Of a stretch of DNA of 64,000 nucleotides, positions 1 through 9,806 are shown in pieces (positions within the stretch are counted from its first letter, which is position 1; each line of letters begins with the position of its first letter). The notes below the pieces were generated by a model. That model was given only the letters and a program-made list of their open reading frames with translations. It had not been told where the DNA came from and ran no database searches. The stretch is from Alphaproteobacteria bacterium. GTDB taxonomy: Bacteria > Pseudomonadota > Alphaproteobacteria > ATCC43930 > CGMCC-115725. Made by a program: the position numbers and the translations under genes. The stretch is from positions 11,640-75,639 of the forward strand of contig JASHOB010000037.1 in NCBI GenBank assembly GCA_030041335.1. Reading direction: 5' to 3'.

Positions 1-817
1 CGTGACCCTCGGGATCGGTGAAGGTCAACATCGTGCGCGCGTAGTCCTCAGCCGGGCGCGTTCCGTAATCGACCTCGTCACCCATCCGCGCCTTCAAGCG
101 CCTGACATATTCCGGCCGGTTCCATTTCAGGGTGCCGACCGTTGCGCTAACGCTCTTGAGGAGCAGCTCCGTGCGCGGTGCGTCGGGCCGCGTCAACAGA
201 AAGCGCGCCACCTCGACGCTGTGGCAGCCCATGTCAAGCAACGTGCCGCCGCCTTGCTGGGTGCCGCGCCAGAACCACGGCATATGCGGGCCGCTATGCT
301 CCTCGGCGGCGCGGGCCAGATAAGGTCTACCGGCGGCCGGCACGGCCCGGCGCCATAGGATCTCCTTGCCGCGCACGATGGACGGGGCAAACAGCTGGTT
401 CTCGAGGTAGGCGTGCAGCAGTTTTGCGTCTTCGACGAGGCGCAACATTTCGCGCCCCTCCGCCAGCGTCCGCGCCAGCGGCTTTTCGCAAGCGACGCCG
501 ATCAGCCTCATCTTCCCGGTGGTCACCAGTCGGTGAATCTCGCGCATCACCGTAAGCCTGGTGTCGTTTGGGACGAGAATCCACAGCGCGTCGACCGCAC
601 CGGCCATCGCCTCGATCGAGGCGAAAGCGCGGCACGGACCAAGCTCCAGTTCGTTCACCTTGCGCGCCAGCGCCTCGCGATGGTTGGGATTGGGGCTGTG
701 GATGCCCGTCACCGTGACGTGCCGCACCGCGATTAGGCCTTGAACATGGAAATTGGCGACGAAGCCGCTGCCGATCAGTCCGATGCGGAGTGTGGCGATG
801 GTTTTTGGGTCTGGCAT
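1..817 (-). CDS. Gfo/Idh/MocA family oxidoreductase (C-terminus cut by window edge)
   Basis: Absent from the ORF track because it is open at the window edge. My minus-strand translation from the ATG (complement of 815-817) reads MPDPKTIATLRIGLIGSGFVANFHVQGL...GVACEKPLARTL...HSGPHMPWFW with no stop down to base 1. It has the N-terminal Rossmann motif and the EKP motif of this family. An AAGGA RBS sits in the 13-bp gap after the upstream permease stop. Confidence 0.75.
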   Translation of the reverse strand, partial: MPDPKTIATLRIGLIGSGFVANFHVQGLIAVRHVTVTGIHSPNPNHREALARKVNELELGPCRAFASIEAMAGAVDALWILVPNDTRLTVMREIHRLVTTGKMRLIGVACEKPLARTLAEGREMLRLVEDAKLLHAYLENQLFAPSIVRGKEILWRRAVPAAGRPYLARAAEEHSGPHMPWFWRGTQQGGGTLLDMGCHSVEVARFLLTRPDAPRTELLLKSVSATVGTLKWNRPEYVRRLKARMGDEVDYGTRPAEDYARTMLTFTDPEGH

Positions 818-830
818 TTGACGCATCCTT

Positions 831-1826
831 TCAATCGGTCAACCTGGTGTAGGCGGCTGCGAGCAACAGAATGATGGCGCCATAAAGAATCTGCCGGATC
901 GGCTCCGGCGCATCCAGCAGGGTGAGGAGACTGTTAAGCACCGTGAGGATCAAGGCGCCGACGACGCTGCCGGCATAGCCCCCGCGGCCGCCGAAAATCG
1001 AGGTGCCGCCGATGATCGCCGCGGCCACCGACGGTAGCAAATAGACATCGGCAAGGCTCATGTCGGCAGCGTTGGTGCCGCCGACGATCACGAGACCGGC
1101 GACGGCGGCGAACAGTCCGCACATTATGTAGTCCGCGAACAGGACCTGCCAAACGCGCACGCCCGCGAGTTCGCAGGCTTCGCGATTGTCGCCGACGGCA
1201 TAGATGAGCCGGCCAAGCCCGGTGCGGGGCAGGCCAATCAGCACCAGGAATCCGAGCGGTATCCACGCAAACAGATCGATCGGAACACCGCCGAGCACCT
1301 TGCCGCTTCCCAGCGATTGGATGAAGGAAGGCACACGCGGTGCGCTCGCCATGAGCTTCTGGCTATAGACGATGAGCGTGCCTTCGGTCATCAGCCCGGT
1401 GCCGAGCGTCATCACCAGCGGCTGCACCCGCAGCACCGCGATGCCGAGTCCGTTAACGGCGCCAACCAGCAACCCGACGCCAAGGCCCCACAGGACCGCG
1501 GCGCTGCCGCCCTGCGACGAATGTGTCGCCATCAGATAGGCCGAGGCGGTGGCGACGCTGGCGACGGAAAGATCGATGCCGCCAGCTAGCATCACCAGGG
1601 TCTGCCCGGCCGCCAGGATGCCGAGCGGGGCCGCGAACAAGAGGATATTGGATATCCAGATTGGCGTGACGGTGCCCGGGCGTGCTACTTCGATGCCTGC
1701 CACGAAGGCAAGCAGCAGCAGGATTAACGCACCGATGGTGTGGCGCCGTAGCATCGCCCCAAAACGGCTGCCGAGGCTGATGGCAGAGGGGCCGTGCGGA
1801 CGGATCGATTGTGCAGGCGCGTTCAT
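831..1826 (-). CDS. ABC sugar transporter permease (CUT2/RbsC-AraH type)
   Basis: Polytopic hydrophobic protein. I chose the internal start MNAPAQSIRP... (index 159 of ORF 831..2300), whose ATG overlaps the upstream stop as ATGA. The extension upstream of that start is Arg-rich and looks non-coding. Confidence 0.85.
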   Translation of the reverse strand: MNAPAQSIRPHGPSAISLGSRFGAMLRRHTIGALILLLLAFVAGIEVARPGTVTPIWISNILLFAAPLGILAAGQTLVMLAGGIDLSVASVATASAYLMATHSSQGGSAAVLWGLGVGLLVGAVNGLGIAVLRVQPLVMTLGTGLMTEGTLIVYSQKLMASAPRVPSFIQSLGSGKVLGGVPIDLFAWIPLGFLVLIGLPRTGLGRLIYAVGDNREACELAGVRVWQVLFADYIMCGLFAAVAGLVIVGGTNAADMSLADVYLLPSVAAAIIGGTSIFGGRGGYAGSVVGALILTVLNSLLTLLDAPEPIRQILYGAIILLLAAAYTRLTD

Positions 1827-2821
1827 CGCTTGCGCGCGCGCAACAGCGCGACTAATCCGCCGGCCATCACCACGAGCACAATCAACGTGCCTTGGATGAC
1901 CTGACCAAAATTCGGATCGATGTTGAGAAAAATCAGGTCGGTCGGGATCAAAGTCAGTACGTAGGCGGCCACGACCGGCCCGACCATGCCGCCTCGGCCG
2001 CCTGACAGGCTGACGCCGCCTAGCACCGCCGCCGCCAACCCGCTCAGCGTGTAGTAGACGCCCGCGAGCGGCGAGCCGATGCCGGTGGTCATGATCAGAC
2101 CGATCCCACCGACGGCGCTGAACAATCCGCCCAGCACATAAGCCAGGAAACGCGTGCGCTCGACGTTGACACCGCTGCGGAACGCCGCAGCCTTGTCGCT
2201 GCCGATGGCATAAAGCAACAGGCCGAGCCGGCTTCGCTGCACCGGGATCCAGATGATCGCGACCGACGCGATGAGGAGAATCAGCGCACCCGAGATCCAT
2301 GGCGTCGCGAACGTGCCGGCGCCGAGGCTCAAGAAGCGGTCGGGCGCGCCGCCGCCGGGTTTTTCCAGAATGAGGAGCGCCACGCCGCTCCAGATGAAGC
2401 CGGTGGTCAGCGTGACGACAACATCGGGTACGCGCGAGTACACAACGATCAGCCCGTTGGCGGCCCCCATCGCCGCCCCGATCGCGAGGACGAGCACGCT
2501 CAGAAGCACGGCTTGCCCGAAGTTCGCATGCTCCATGGTCGCCGCCGCGAGCACATTGGTTACGGCGATCATCGAGCCCACCGACAGATCGATCCCCCCC
2601 GAGATCACGACCACCGTCTGTGCCGCCGCGGCCAAGGCCAGGGGCATTGCGCCCATCGCCAGGGATTGCGCATCGAACGAACTGTAAGAGGGATGAATCG
2701 CGACCGTAACCGCCAGAAAAAGCAGTAAGAACAGCGGCATCCCGACAAGACCGGGGTGGCGCTGCGCGAACCGGCCGAGTCCGGCGCGACCCGCGTCGTG
2801 GGGAGGATTTGCCGAGGTCAT
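1823..2821 (-). CDS. ABC sugar transporter permease (CUT2 type), second subunit
   Basis: Paralogous hydrophobic permease. Start MTSANPPHDAGR... (index 85 of ORF 1823..3073) overlaps the ATPase stop as ATGA. Confidence 0.85.
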   Translation of the reverse strand: MTSANPPHDAGRAGLGRFAQRHPGLVGMPLFLLLFLAVTVAIHPSYSSFDAQSLAMGAMPLALAAAAQTVVVISGGIDLSVGSMIAVTNVLAAATMEHANFGQAVLLSVLVLAIGAAMGAANGLIVVYSRVPDVVVTLTTGFIWSGVALLILEKPGGGAPDRFLSLGAGTFATPWISGALILLIASVAIIWIPVQRSRLGLLLYAIGSDKAAAFRSGVNVERTRFLAYVLGGLFSAVGGIGLIMTTGIGSPLAGVYYTLSGLAAAVLGGVSLSGGRGGMVGPVVAAYVLTLIPTDLIFLNIDPNFGQVIQGTLIVLVVMAGGLVALLRARKR

Positions 2822-4314
2822 GCGGCGTCCTCGCGCCGTGCTACCAATCCGTGTGCGGCCCGCAAAAGCGTCGCCTCGTCTGCTTCGGCCGCCGACATCT
2901 CGCGCACCACGCGGCCGCCGAACAGTACGATCACGCGGTCGCAGGCGAGCCGGATTTCCGGAAGTTCCGAAGTGAACAGCAGCACCGCAGAGCCGGCGGC
3001 GGCCAGCTCGCGCAAGAGTGCATAGATCTGGCGTTTGGTGCCGATATCGATACCGCGCGTCGGATCGAAGCACAGCAGGATTTTGAACGCACTGGCCAGC
3101 CAGCGGGCGATCATCACCTTCTGTTGGTTGCCGCCGCTGAGGCGGCGTAGTTCCGATTCGGCGCGGGTATCGACCTGCAGGCGCCGGATTGCATTCTCCA
3201 CGCGGCCGCGCTCACGGCGCATCGCGATCGGCCCCCAACGGCTGAGAGGTCCGTAGGACGGCAGTGCCACGTTTTCGCGGATGGAGCGCTGTGGCAGCAT
3301 CGCCTGCAGCCGGTTGGCTGGCACCAGCACAATGCCCGCGCGGATGGCGTCGGCGGGGTGACGAAAGCGACGCAGGGCGCCGTGACTGTGGATCTCGCCA
3401 CCGTCACGATCGCGGACCCCGGCAATGCAATCGAACAGCTCCTCCTGGCCTTGACCGTCGAGCGCGGCGATGCCGAGAACCTCGCCGGGATGCAGGGCAA
3501 AGGAGACGTCTTGAAGCAGCCGGCCCGCCCGCAAATGGTTCACTTCGAGCGCCGGAACGGCGTCGCCGTAGGGCTGACCGGGTGTCGGCGCAGTGTCGGC
3601 CGCGGCCCGCGCCACCTCATATCCGAGCATCAGCTCGACGATACGCTCCTCGCTGCCGCGCGCGGTCTCCGTGGCGCCGACGGTAACGCCGTCGCGCAGA
3701 ACCGTGGCGCGGTCGCACAGCACCGAGACCTCCGCCATGCGGTGTGAAATGAAGATCACGCCGCGGCCACGCTCGCGCCAGTGCCGCACGATCGCGAAAA
3801 TGCGCGCCGACAGATCGGCAGGCAGCGACGCCGTGATTTCGTCGATCAGCAGGATGCTCGGGTCGGATGCCAGGGCACGGGCGAGGTCGATCAAGCGCAA
3901 GGTCTGAAACGGCAGGTCGCGCACAAAGGCGCCGACATCGGGATCGGCAATGCCGAGCTCAGTCAGCCATTGTCGCGCCGCATCGAGAGGCGCGCGCGCA
4001 AGACGCAGGTTCTGCGCTACGGTAAGATCGGGCACCAGCGCCGGGTCTTGATAGACCGAGACGAGCCCCGCGTCGCGCGCCTCCGCGGGCGAGCGGAAGC
4101 GACAGGCGCGGCCACGAATCGTGATCTCCCCGCCATCGGCGCCGAAGACGCCGGTCAAGATTTTGACCAGCGTGCTCTTGCCAGCGCCATTGGCACCCAT
4201 CAACGCTTGAACTTCGCCGGCGCGCAGTTCAAGCGAGGCGTCGCGCAGCGCCACCACCGCGCCGAATCGTTTGGCGAGGCCGTTCACCGCGAGCAGGATT
4301 TCCGGTGCACTCAT
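2818..4314 (-). CDS. ABC sugar transporter ATP-binding protein (fused double ATPase)
   Basis: 498 aa. Walker A GANGAGKST in the first half and the ABC signature LSGGNQQKV in the second half. This is the duplicated-cassette architecture of CUT2 importers. Confidence 0.9.
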   Translation of the reverse strand: MSAPEILLAVNGLAKRFGAVVALRDASLELRAGEVQALMGANGAGKSTLVKILTGVFGADGGEITIRGRACRFRSPAEARDAGLVSVYQDPALVPDLTVAQNLRLARAPLDAARQWLTELGIADPDVGAFVRDLPFQTLRLIDLARALASDPSILLIDEITASLPADLSARIFAIVRHWRERGRGVIFISHRMAEVSVLCDRATVLRDGVTVGATETARGSEERIVELMLGYEVARAAADTAPTPGQPYGDAVPALEVNHLRAGRLLQDVSFALHPGEVLGIAALDGQGQEELFDCIAGVRDRDGGEIHSHGALRRFRHPADAIRAGIVLVPANRLQAMLPQRSIRENVALPSYGPLSRWGPIAMRRERGRVENAIRRLQVDTRAESELRRLSGGNQQKVMIARWLASAFKILLCFDPTRGIDIGTKRQIYALLRELAAAGSAVLLFTSELPEIRLACDRVIVLFGGRVVREMSAAEADEATLLRAAHGLVARREDAA

Positions 4315-4390
4315 GCCCTACCTAGCCGCGCCCGCGCGACGCGCAAAGTGCGTGAGCCGCGCGGGGCAAACGGTGTCGAGGCCGTGAGCG

Positions 4391-5440
4391 TCAGGCTTCG
4401 CCCGGACCTTTGCAGGCCTTTTCTTGTGCCGGCGTGTAGCTGGTGTAAGGTGGAATGCCGCTATAAACCGGGTAGGTCGGATCGACCTTCGGATCGTACA
4501 CCGATTTCGCCCAGTCCATCCCCCTCGCGTTGGCGTTAGTGTAGACACGGGGCGTCAGGTGAACGACACGCGGTTCCTTCTTGCCCGACAGGATGCCAAG
4601 CGCCAGACCGAGACCCGCGCCGCCCACCGCGGGTGGATTGGTGACAGCGATCGCGGTCAGCCCGTTGTCTTTGTCGTTGATCATCTGCGCGATGAAGCCG
4701 TTATTGTCGGCGCCGACGACCGGCACGAATTTGACGTTGGCCGACTTGTAGGCATCCACGATCATACTGTCGATGCCGGAGGTCCAGACGCCGTCGATCC
4801 TCTTGCCGGAACCCAGCAGATCTTTGATCTGCTGTGAGCCTTTGTCTGGCGACCAGCCGGTGAACACCGACGCAACTACCTTGACGTTCGGATATTTCTT
4901 CAACGCCTGTTCGAAACCTTCGTGTCGGTCGGCGTCGGCGGGCACGCCGTCGATGCCGCGCATCTCGACCACATTGCCCTTGCCGCCTAGCGCCTTGAAC
5001 AGTGCTTCGGCGCCTTCCCGCCCGTAGGCGACCTGATCGTTCGAGAGCACATAGGCGCCAGGCGCCGAGACCGCTTGGTCGACCGCCACTACAACGATGT
5101 GCTTGGCGAGCGCCTGCTTGATCACCGGGTCCAACGCCTTACGGTCGGAAGGGTTGAGAATGATGATATCGACGCCAGCCGAAATCAGGTTGCGTAGGTC
5201 AGCGATCTGCTCCGACGGGCCGCCATTGCGGTTGGCGAGCACGATCTTCGACACCTTGCCGGAGGCGAGCGCCTCAGCCTTGATCGAGCACACCATCTCC
5301 TCGCGCCAACCGTTGCCGATCAGCGTGTTGGAGACGCCGACAACATATTGGCCGTCGGCGGCCAGGCCGGGTACCGGGCCGCCGCACGCCACCGTCATCG
5401 CGCCGAACGCGAGACACGCATAAAGGATGTCCTTTTTCAT
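4391..5440 (-). CDS. periplasmic sugar-binding protein (PBP1, ribose/xylose-like)
   Basis: Start MKKDILYACLAFGAMTVACGG (signal peptide) is preceded by a GGAGGAAACG RBS. The body has a PBP1-type alternating pattern. Confidence 0.8.
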   Translation of the reverse strand: MKKDILYACLAFGAMTVACGGPVPGLAADGQYVVGVSNTLIGNGWREEMVCSIKAEALASGKVSKIVLANRNGGPSEQIADLRNLISAGVDIIILNPSDRKALDPVIKQALAKHIVVVAVDQAVSAPGAYVLSNDQVAYGREGAEALFKALGGKGNVVEMRGIDGVPADADRHEGFEQALKKYPNVKVVASVFTGWSPDKGSQQIKDLLGSGKRIDGVWTSGIDSMIVDAYKSANVKFVPVVGADNNGFIAQMINDKDNGLTAIAVTNPPAVGGAGLGLALGILSGKKEPRVVHLTPRVYTNANARGMDWAKSVYDPKVDPTYPVYSGIPPYTSYTPAQEKACKGPGEA

Positions 5441-5539
5441 CGTTTCCTCCCTGGGCTGACGACGCCAGCGTTCTCGTATCCACGCTGCGTCTTGCCCATA
5501 ATATGACACCAAATGAGGATCGCTTAGCAACGGACGGAA

Positions 5540-6520
5540 TCACAAAGTCATCGTGACTTTTCGTAACGCCCGCGGGCGGTCGGGGTCATGACCGCGCCGC
5601 CGCGCCAAAGCCGGGAGTGCGGCGTAGAAACCAGCCAGTAGCGCGACCGCTGTGCCCTGGTCGCGATCCAATGCCGCGACCAGTGCGGTGGGCGAGCCTT
5701 GCAGCGCCAACGCGCGCAAGGTCTTGACCACGGACGCACCGGCTGCTCCCGGTCCCGCAAAGCCGAGCACGCCCAGGCGCTTGCCGGCGATGGCGCGCGC
5801 TCCGTGCATGACTTCGGCGGCGCTGATCGCCTCGGCGTGGAGGTTTGCGACTTCCTTCAGCTTAAGCGCCGCCTCGAGCGCGATCGGCAGGCTGTCGCCA
5901 CGGCCGATGATATAGGCGCTGTCGATAGCGTCGAGCGGAGCCAGATCATGCGGTGATGCCAGCGCCTGTTCGGCCGCGCTGGCAACGGCGGCGGCGTGCG
6001 CCTCGTTGTCGGCGCCGCGCCCGGCCAGCGCCGCGGCAAGCAGATCGATTGCCAGCAGCGAGCAGCTCACCGATTTTGTGGCGGCGACACAGCGCTCTTC
6101 TCCGGCACTCTGATCGAGCACGATGTCGGCACCCTCGGCCAAGGGTGCGGCAAGATCGTTGACCAGCGCCAGCCGCGTGCCGCGGGTGTTGGCGAAGGCC
6201 GCTTGCGCGGCCACCAAATCGGGGCTGCGGCCCGACTGGGAAACGGCGAGGGTCCAAACTCCGCCCGCTGTCATGGCCACCCGGTCCAGACTGGCGAGCG
6301 ATGGAGCAAACGACGCCACGGGGATCCCCAGCGCAGGGGTCAGGCGATAGGGAGCATACGCCGCGGCCGCATCGGAACTGCCGCGCGCGATGGTAAAAAG
6401 CGCGGGCGGTGGCGCGGCGCGAAAACGTGCTTCCGCCGCTACCAGCGCGTCGCGGTTTGCCGTGGCGACGGTTTTCAGCCGGGATGGGATTTGCGCGATT
6501 TCGTCTTCAATCAGCGACAT
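5540..6520 (-). CDS. SIS-domain sugar-phosphate isomerase/deaminase (GlmS C-terminal-like, NagB-II/AgaS-like)
   Basis: Start MSLIEDEIAQIPSRL. Two SIS-like halves (ARGSSDAAAAY ..., IIGRGDSLPIALEAALKLKE). 14-nt overlap with the nagA stop. Confidence 0.7.
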   Translation of the reverse strand: MSLIEDEIAQIPSRLKTVATANRDALVAAEARFRAAPPPALFTIARGSSDAAAAYAPYRLTPALGIPVASFAPSLASLDRVAMTAGGVWTLAVSQSGRSPDLVAAQAAFANTRGTRLALVNDLAAPLAEGADIVLDQSAGEERCVAATKSVSCSLLAIDLLAAALAGRGADNEAHAAAVASAAEQALASPHDLAPLDAIDSAYIIGRGDSLPIALEAALKLKEVANLHAEAISAAEVMHGARAIAGKRLGVLGFAGPGAAGASVVKTLRALALQGSPTALVAALDRDQGTAVALLAGFYAALPALARRRGHDPDRPRALRKVTMTL

Positions 6521-7631
6521 CGATGCTGTCGCCGTCGATCCACACGCATTCGGCCCGCAGCGCCCCGTCGAGCTGGACGATCGAGGCGCGTGCACCTGGC
6601 GCAATGCGACCGAGATCGGTTAGGCCGAGATAATCGGCTGGCCGGGTCGATGCCATCGCCGCCGCTTCGGCCAGCGGCACGCCGATCGACACCAGATTCC
6701 GCACCGCGTCGGCTAAAGTGATGGCGCTGCTCGCCAACGTGTCGCTTTCCCCGAGCGTCACCCGCAGGCCGCGCTTGATCACCTTGCGATCGCCGAGCCG
6801 ATATTCGCCGTCGGGCATGCCGGCCGCGGCAGAAGCGTCGGTCACGGTGTAGAGCTTCGGAATCGCGCGCCGAGCAGCGAGGATCGTTTCGGGGTGGTTG
6901 TGGTGAAGATCGCAGATGATCTCAGCGTATTCGCCATGGGCCAGCGCCCAGGCCGCGACCCCAGGCTCGCGATGATGCAACCCGGTCATGGCGTTGAAGA
7001 GATGCGTAAAGCCGGTGCAGCCGCAGGCAAACGCCATGGCGACCTCTTCGAGCGAAGCCGACGTGTGCCCGACCTGCACCCGGCAATGCCGGGCTGCGAG
7101 GCTGCGGACGACGTCGAGGCCGCCGGCGATTTCCGGCGCCACCGTCGCGATAGCGATCGGGAAACGCTCAGCCCAAGCGGCCGCGAGGGCGGCGTCGCCT
7201 GGGCGTGGGTAGGGAGCCTGGGCGCCTAGCCGGCCGGGATTGATGAACGGTCCTTCGAGATGGGCGCCGAGAACGGTCGCTTCACCAGCTTCCGGCCGGG
7301 CTTGCGTCGCGCCGATGTCAGCCAACGCCGATTCGATCTGCGCCACCGGCGCCGTTACGGTGGTCGGGGTTAACGCCACGGTGCCGTGTGACGCGTGGAA
7401 TTTCAGCGTCGCGCGCACGTCGCTTTCGCCCGACATGCATTCGCCACCAAGGCCACCATGGACGTGGAGGTCGATGAAGCCCGGCAGGATGAAGGGTGGC
7501 TCCATGGTCGCGCCGCGGCCGATTGGGCGGCCCTCGATCGCAGCGATAAGACGGTTGGCGATGCGTACGCGGCCGGCAACCCAGCCTTCCACTGTGAGGA
7601 TGGCGCCGGCTGGTTCGGACGGCATGGTCAT
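6507..7631 (-). CDS. nagA: N-acetylglucosamine-6-phosphate deacetylase
   Basis: 374 aa with PGFIDLHVHGG, HLEGPFI and HLFNAM motifs typical of NagA amidohydrolases. ATGA overlap with the upstream kinase. Confidence 0.85.
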   Translation of the reverse strand: MTMPSEPAGAILTVEGWVAGRVRIANRLIAAIEGRPIGRGATMEPPFILPGFIDLHVHGGLGGECMSGESDVRATLKFHASHGTVALTPTTVTAPVAQIESALADIGATQARPEAGEATVLGAHLEGPFINPGRLGAQAPYPRPGDAALAAAWAERFPIAIATVAPEIAGGLDVVRSLAARHCRVQVGHTSASLEEVAMAFACGCTGFTHLFNAMTGLHHREPGVAAWALAHGEYAEIICDLHHNHPETILAARRAIPKLYTVTDASAAAGMPDGEYRLGDRKVIKRGLRVTLGESDTLASSAITLADAVRNLVSIGVPLAEAAAMASTRPADYLGLTDLGRIAPGARASIVQLDGALRAECVWIDGDSIDVAD

Positions 7632-8524
7632 GGTCCTTCATCCACGGGTTGTTCGGCGGGGGCGCGACCGGTCCCAAGCAGAAAGCAGCCGCGAAGTGCG
7701 TCGGCCTGGCAAGCGGCGACGGCGTGGCCGATGCGCACGGCGATCCGCGGCGCAAAGGTGGCGGCCAAGCCGCCTGAAGCATAGAGCAAATCGTCCGAGC
7801 CGATATCGAGCCGGCTGGCAAGCGCGGCGAGGTGCGCGACGGCGCGCTCGCAAATGGCGTTGGCGCAGGCGACGCCCTGATCGGCTGCCGCGAGCACGAG
7901 CGGAGCGAAGGCAGCTAGCCGGTCGGGCGTGATACCGGTCAGCGTTTCGGCGATGCCGGCGCGGCCGCCGATACGCGCGAGTACGCCGTCGCTGAGTCCG
8001 TCCGCGGGCACAATGCCGTCGACGACGGCGAGCGTGTGCCGCAGTGCCCTGATGCCGAGCCACGCGCCGCTGCCGCGATCCCCGCCGATCCAACCCCAGG
8101 CATCGCGCTGAATCGAACGCCCGTTTGGCCACAGCCGGTGGCCGGCAACGCCGGTGCCGATGATAACGATGCCGCAAGGCTGGCCGCCGCCGGCGCCGAT
8201 CAATGCGGCATAGCCGTCGCTTGCCGTCACGGTCCGTGCAAAGCCGGGGATAGCGGCGAGGAACCGGTCCCTTGCCGACGGCACATAGAGTCCGGCGGCG
8301 CCAATCGAGAGGACGACGCTGCCGGATGCCCTTGCGTCGTACCCGGCGCCGACACAACATTCCCACCACAGCGTTGCGAAGGTGGCGACGGCGTTGTCGG
8401 GGCCTGTGCTCGGATTACAGGCGCCGCCATCGGCTGCCGCCAATCGCGCACCACCGGCGTTGACGAGGCAGGCCTTGCTCTTAGTGCCACCCCCCTCGAC
8501 GCAAAAGAGTAGATCATCGGCCAT
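7628..8524 (-). CDS. BadF/BadG/BcrA/BcrD-type ATPase, N-acetylglucosamine-kinase-like
   Basis: N-terminal phosphate-1 motif FCVEGGGTKSKACL and an actin-like ATPase fold pattern. First gene of the operon. Confidence 0.7.
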   Translation of the reverse strand: MADDLLFCVEGGGTKSKACLVNAGGARLAAADGGACNPSTGPDNAVATFATLWWECCVGAGYDARASGSVVLSIGAAGLYVPSARDRFLAAIPGFARTVTASDGYAALIGAGGGQPCGIVIIGTGVAGHRLWPNGRSIQRDAWGWIGGDRGSGAWLGIRALRHTLAVVDGIVPADGLSDGVLARIGGRAGIAETLTGITPDRLAAFAPLVLAAADQGVACANAICERAVAHLAALASRLDIGSDDLLYASGGLAATFAPRIAVRIGHAVAACQADALRGCFLLGTGRAPAEQPVDEGP

Positions 8525-8876
8525 CTCCTAATGTTACTCGCGAAACGCGACGGCAGGAAATTATCGGATTTCCCCGTCCGAATGATTGGCCCCTCACTGC
8601 GGCCCGGGCGCAGGGACGCGCGGCGCCGCTATCGCGACGAGCTAGGCGAACACACCGTGGCGTGTTGGTGGACGCGCCTCGCAAGGCAAAAGGAGCAGGT
8701 TTGCGCCCGACAGCAGAGGCGCAGGGGGGTGGGAGTGACGCGACACGATCGCGCCGGTGATAAAGGCAGTGGGGAGATGGCAGGCCCTAGACCAAAAAGA
8801 CCGCAGATCGGCCCAATCGGCGAACCTATTCGCGATTACCCTCGACAGACGCCCGAGCCGCGTGGCATTTTATATT

Positions 8877-8898
8877 GCAGTTATCTGGCAGTTATCCG
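8877..8898. repeat. tandem 11-bp direct repeat GCAGTTATC(T/C)G x2
   Basis: Read directly: gcagttatctg gcagttatccg. It lies in the non-coding stretch between the nag operon promoter and the small ORF at 8994. Confidence 0.5.
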
Positions 8899-8993
8899 GC
8901 ATCGACCTCTGACTGATTTCGTGGAGGGAACGAGCACCACTTCGTCGCTTTGAGCGTTAACAATAACTGAGAAAAGAGCTCATCCATTGCGAG

Positions 8994-9308
8994 GTGAGAT
9001 TGTCTCGTAGCAAATCTCTTTGGAACTATGAGTTCCTTCTAACGCGCAGCTCGCCGGGTGATTTTGTCATCTTAGGCAGCGGCGAGTTTAGGGCGCCTGA
9101 CTTGGCCGCAGCGAAATCAATTCTCGCCAGCGTCGTAACCAACATCAAGGTCCACGGCTCCGTTCCACCGAATGCAATCCGATTGATCGATCCAAGTGGT
9201 GAGGAAATCTGGCGAGCACTCATTGCGGGTCCGCGCCCCGCTGCTCGTCGGCCGGTTCATGAGATCCATGTCCGTCGTGGCCATCGGCAGAGGGCGACCA
9301 GGAAATGA
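8994..9308 (+). CDS. hypothetical small protein
   Basis: GTG-start ORF in a lower-GC segment. The first ~75 aa look protein-like (WNYEFLLTRSSPGDFVILGSGEFRAPDLAAAKSILASVV...). The tail is Arg-rich. No family recognised. Confidence 0.3.
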   Translation: MRLSRSKSLWNYEFLLTRSSPGDFVILGSGEFRAPDLAAAKSILASVVTNIKVHGSVPPNAIRLIDPSGEEIWRALIAGPRPAARRPVHEIHVRRGHRQRATRK

Positions 9309-9394
9309 CGGCATGACCAGAGGCCCAGGAGCCAAGCAGGTGCTTTAATCAATGGCGCCTTGCGGCTCGACGGCAGCATGCAAAAATCCCGAAC

Positions 9395-9574
9395 ATGCTC
9401 AACGTCATCTACCGCGTGGTCGAACGCCGGCCGGGAAGGTTTGTCGTCGAGGCTTTCAGCGAGGATCACGGGACATGGCGATCGATAGCTGAATTTGCTA
9501 CCTCGCAGGAGGCTCACGCGCGCAAGGCCAAATTGGAACAAATCTTGCGGGCTTCGCGTGGAGAGCCGGGCTGA
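9395..9574 (+). CDS. hypothetical 59-aa protein (below ORF-track cutoff)
   Basis: My translation: MLNVIYRVVERRPGRFVVEAFSEDHGTWRSIAEFATSQEAHARKAKLEQILRASRGEPG*. It loosely resembles the N-terminal half of ORF 8994. A strong hairpin follows. Confidence 0.3.
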   Translation: MLNVIYRVVERRPGRFVVEAFSEDHGTWRSIAEFATSQEAHARKAKLEQILRASRGEPG

Positions 9575-9600
9575 CCAGCCGATTGAGCGTGAGAGAGAAA

Positions 9601-9623
9601 AGCCCCCGGCGAGACCGGGGGCT
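9601..9623. terminator. perfect 9-bp-stem hairpin (AGCCCCCGG-cgaga-CCGGGGGCT), possible bidirectional terminator
   Basis: Read directly. On the minus strand the hairpin is followed by TTTCTCTCTC, so it could terminate the 9807..10289 gene. On the plus strand it lies 27 nt after the 9395..9574 stop but has no T-tract. Confidence 0.5.
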
Positions 9624-9806
9624 AGTTGGGGGTAAACCTCCATCCAAACGGTTTACGCACAACAGCATGCAACGAGCGTGGCTCGCTTTCCAGTTGTTCC
9701 ATTCAACGTTAACGAATGAGTTTCGGCGGGCCCACGAGATCGCAGGGAGGCCTAGCATTTGGTGCGCGCGCGCCCGATAGGTGGCGCCACCGCAACGTGC
9801 GATCTC

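Noticed and set aside
2-743. Plus-strand ORFs at the left edge (2..358, 178..555, 413..736, etc.)
   Set aside because: The minus strand encodes a continuous Gfo/Idh/MocA protein. The plus-strand ORFs are short, overlapping and Arg-rich.
8531-8953. 140-aa ORF just upstream of the nag operon
   Set aside because: It is Arg-rich with no RBS and lies in the expected promoter region of the divergently oriented operon. It is not convincing as a gene.
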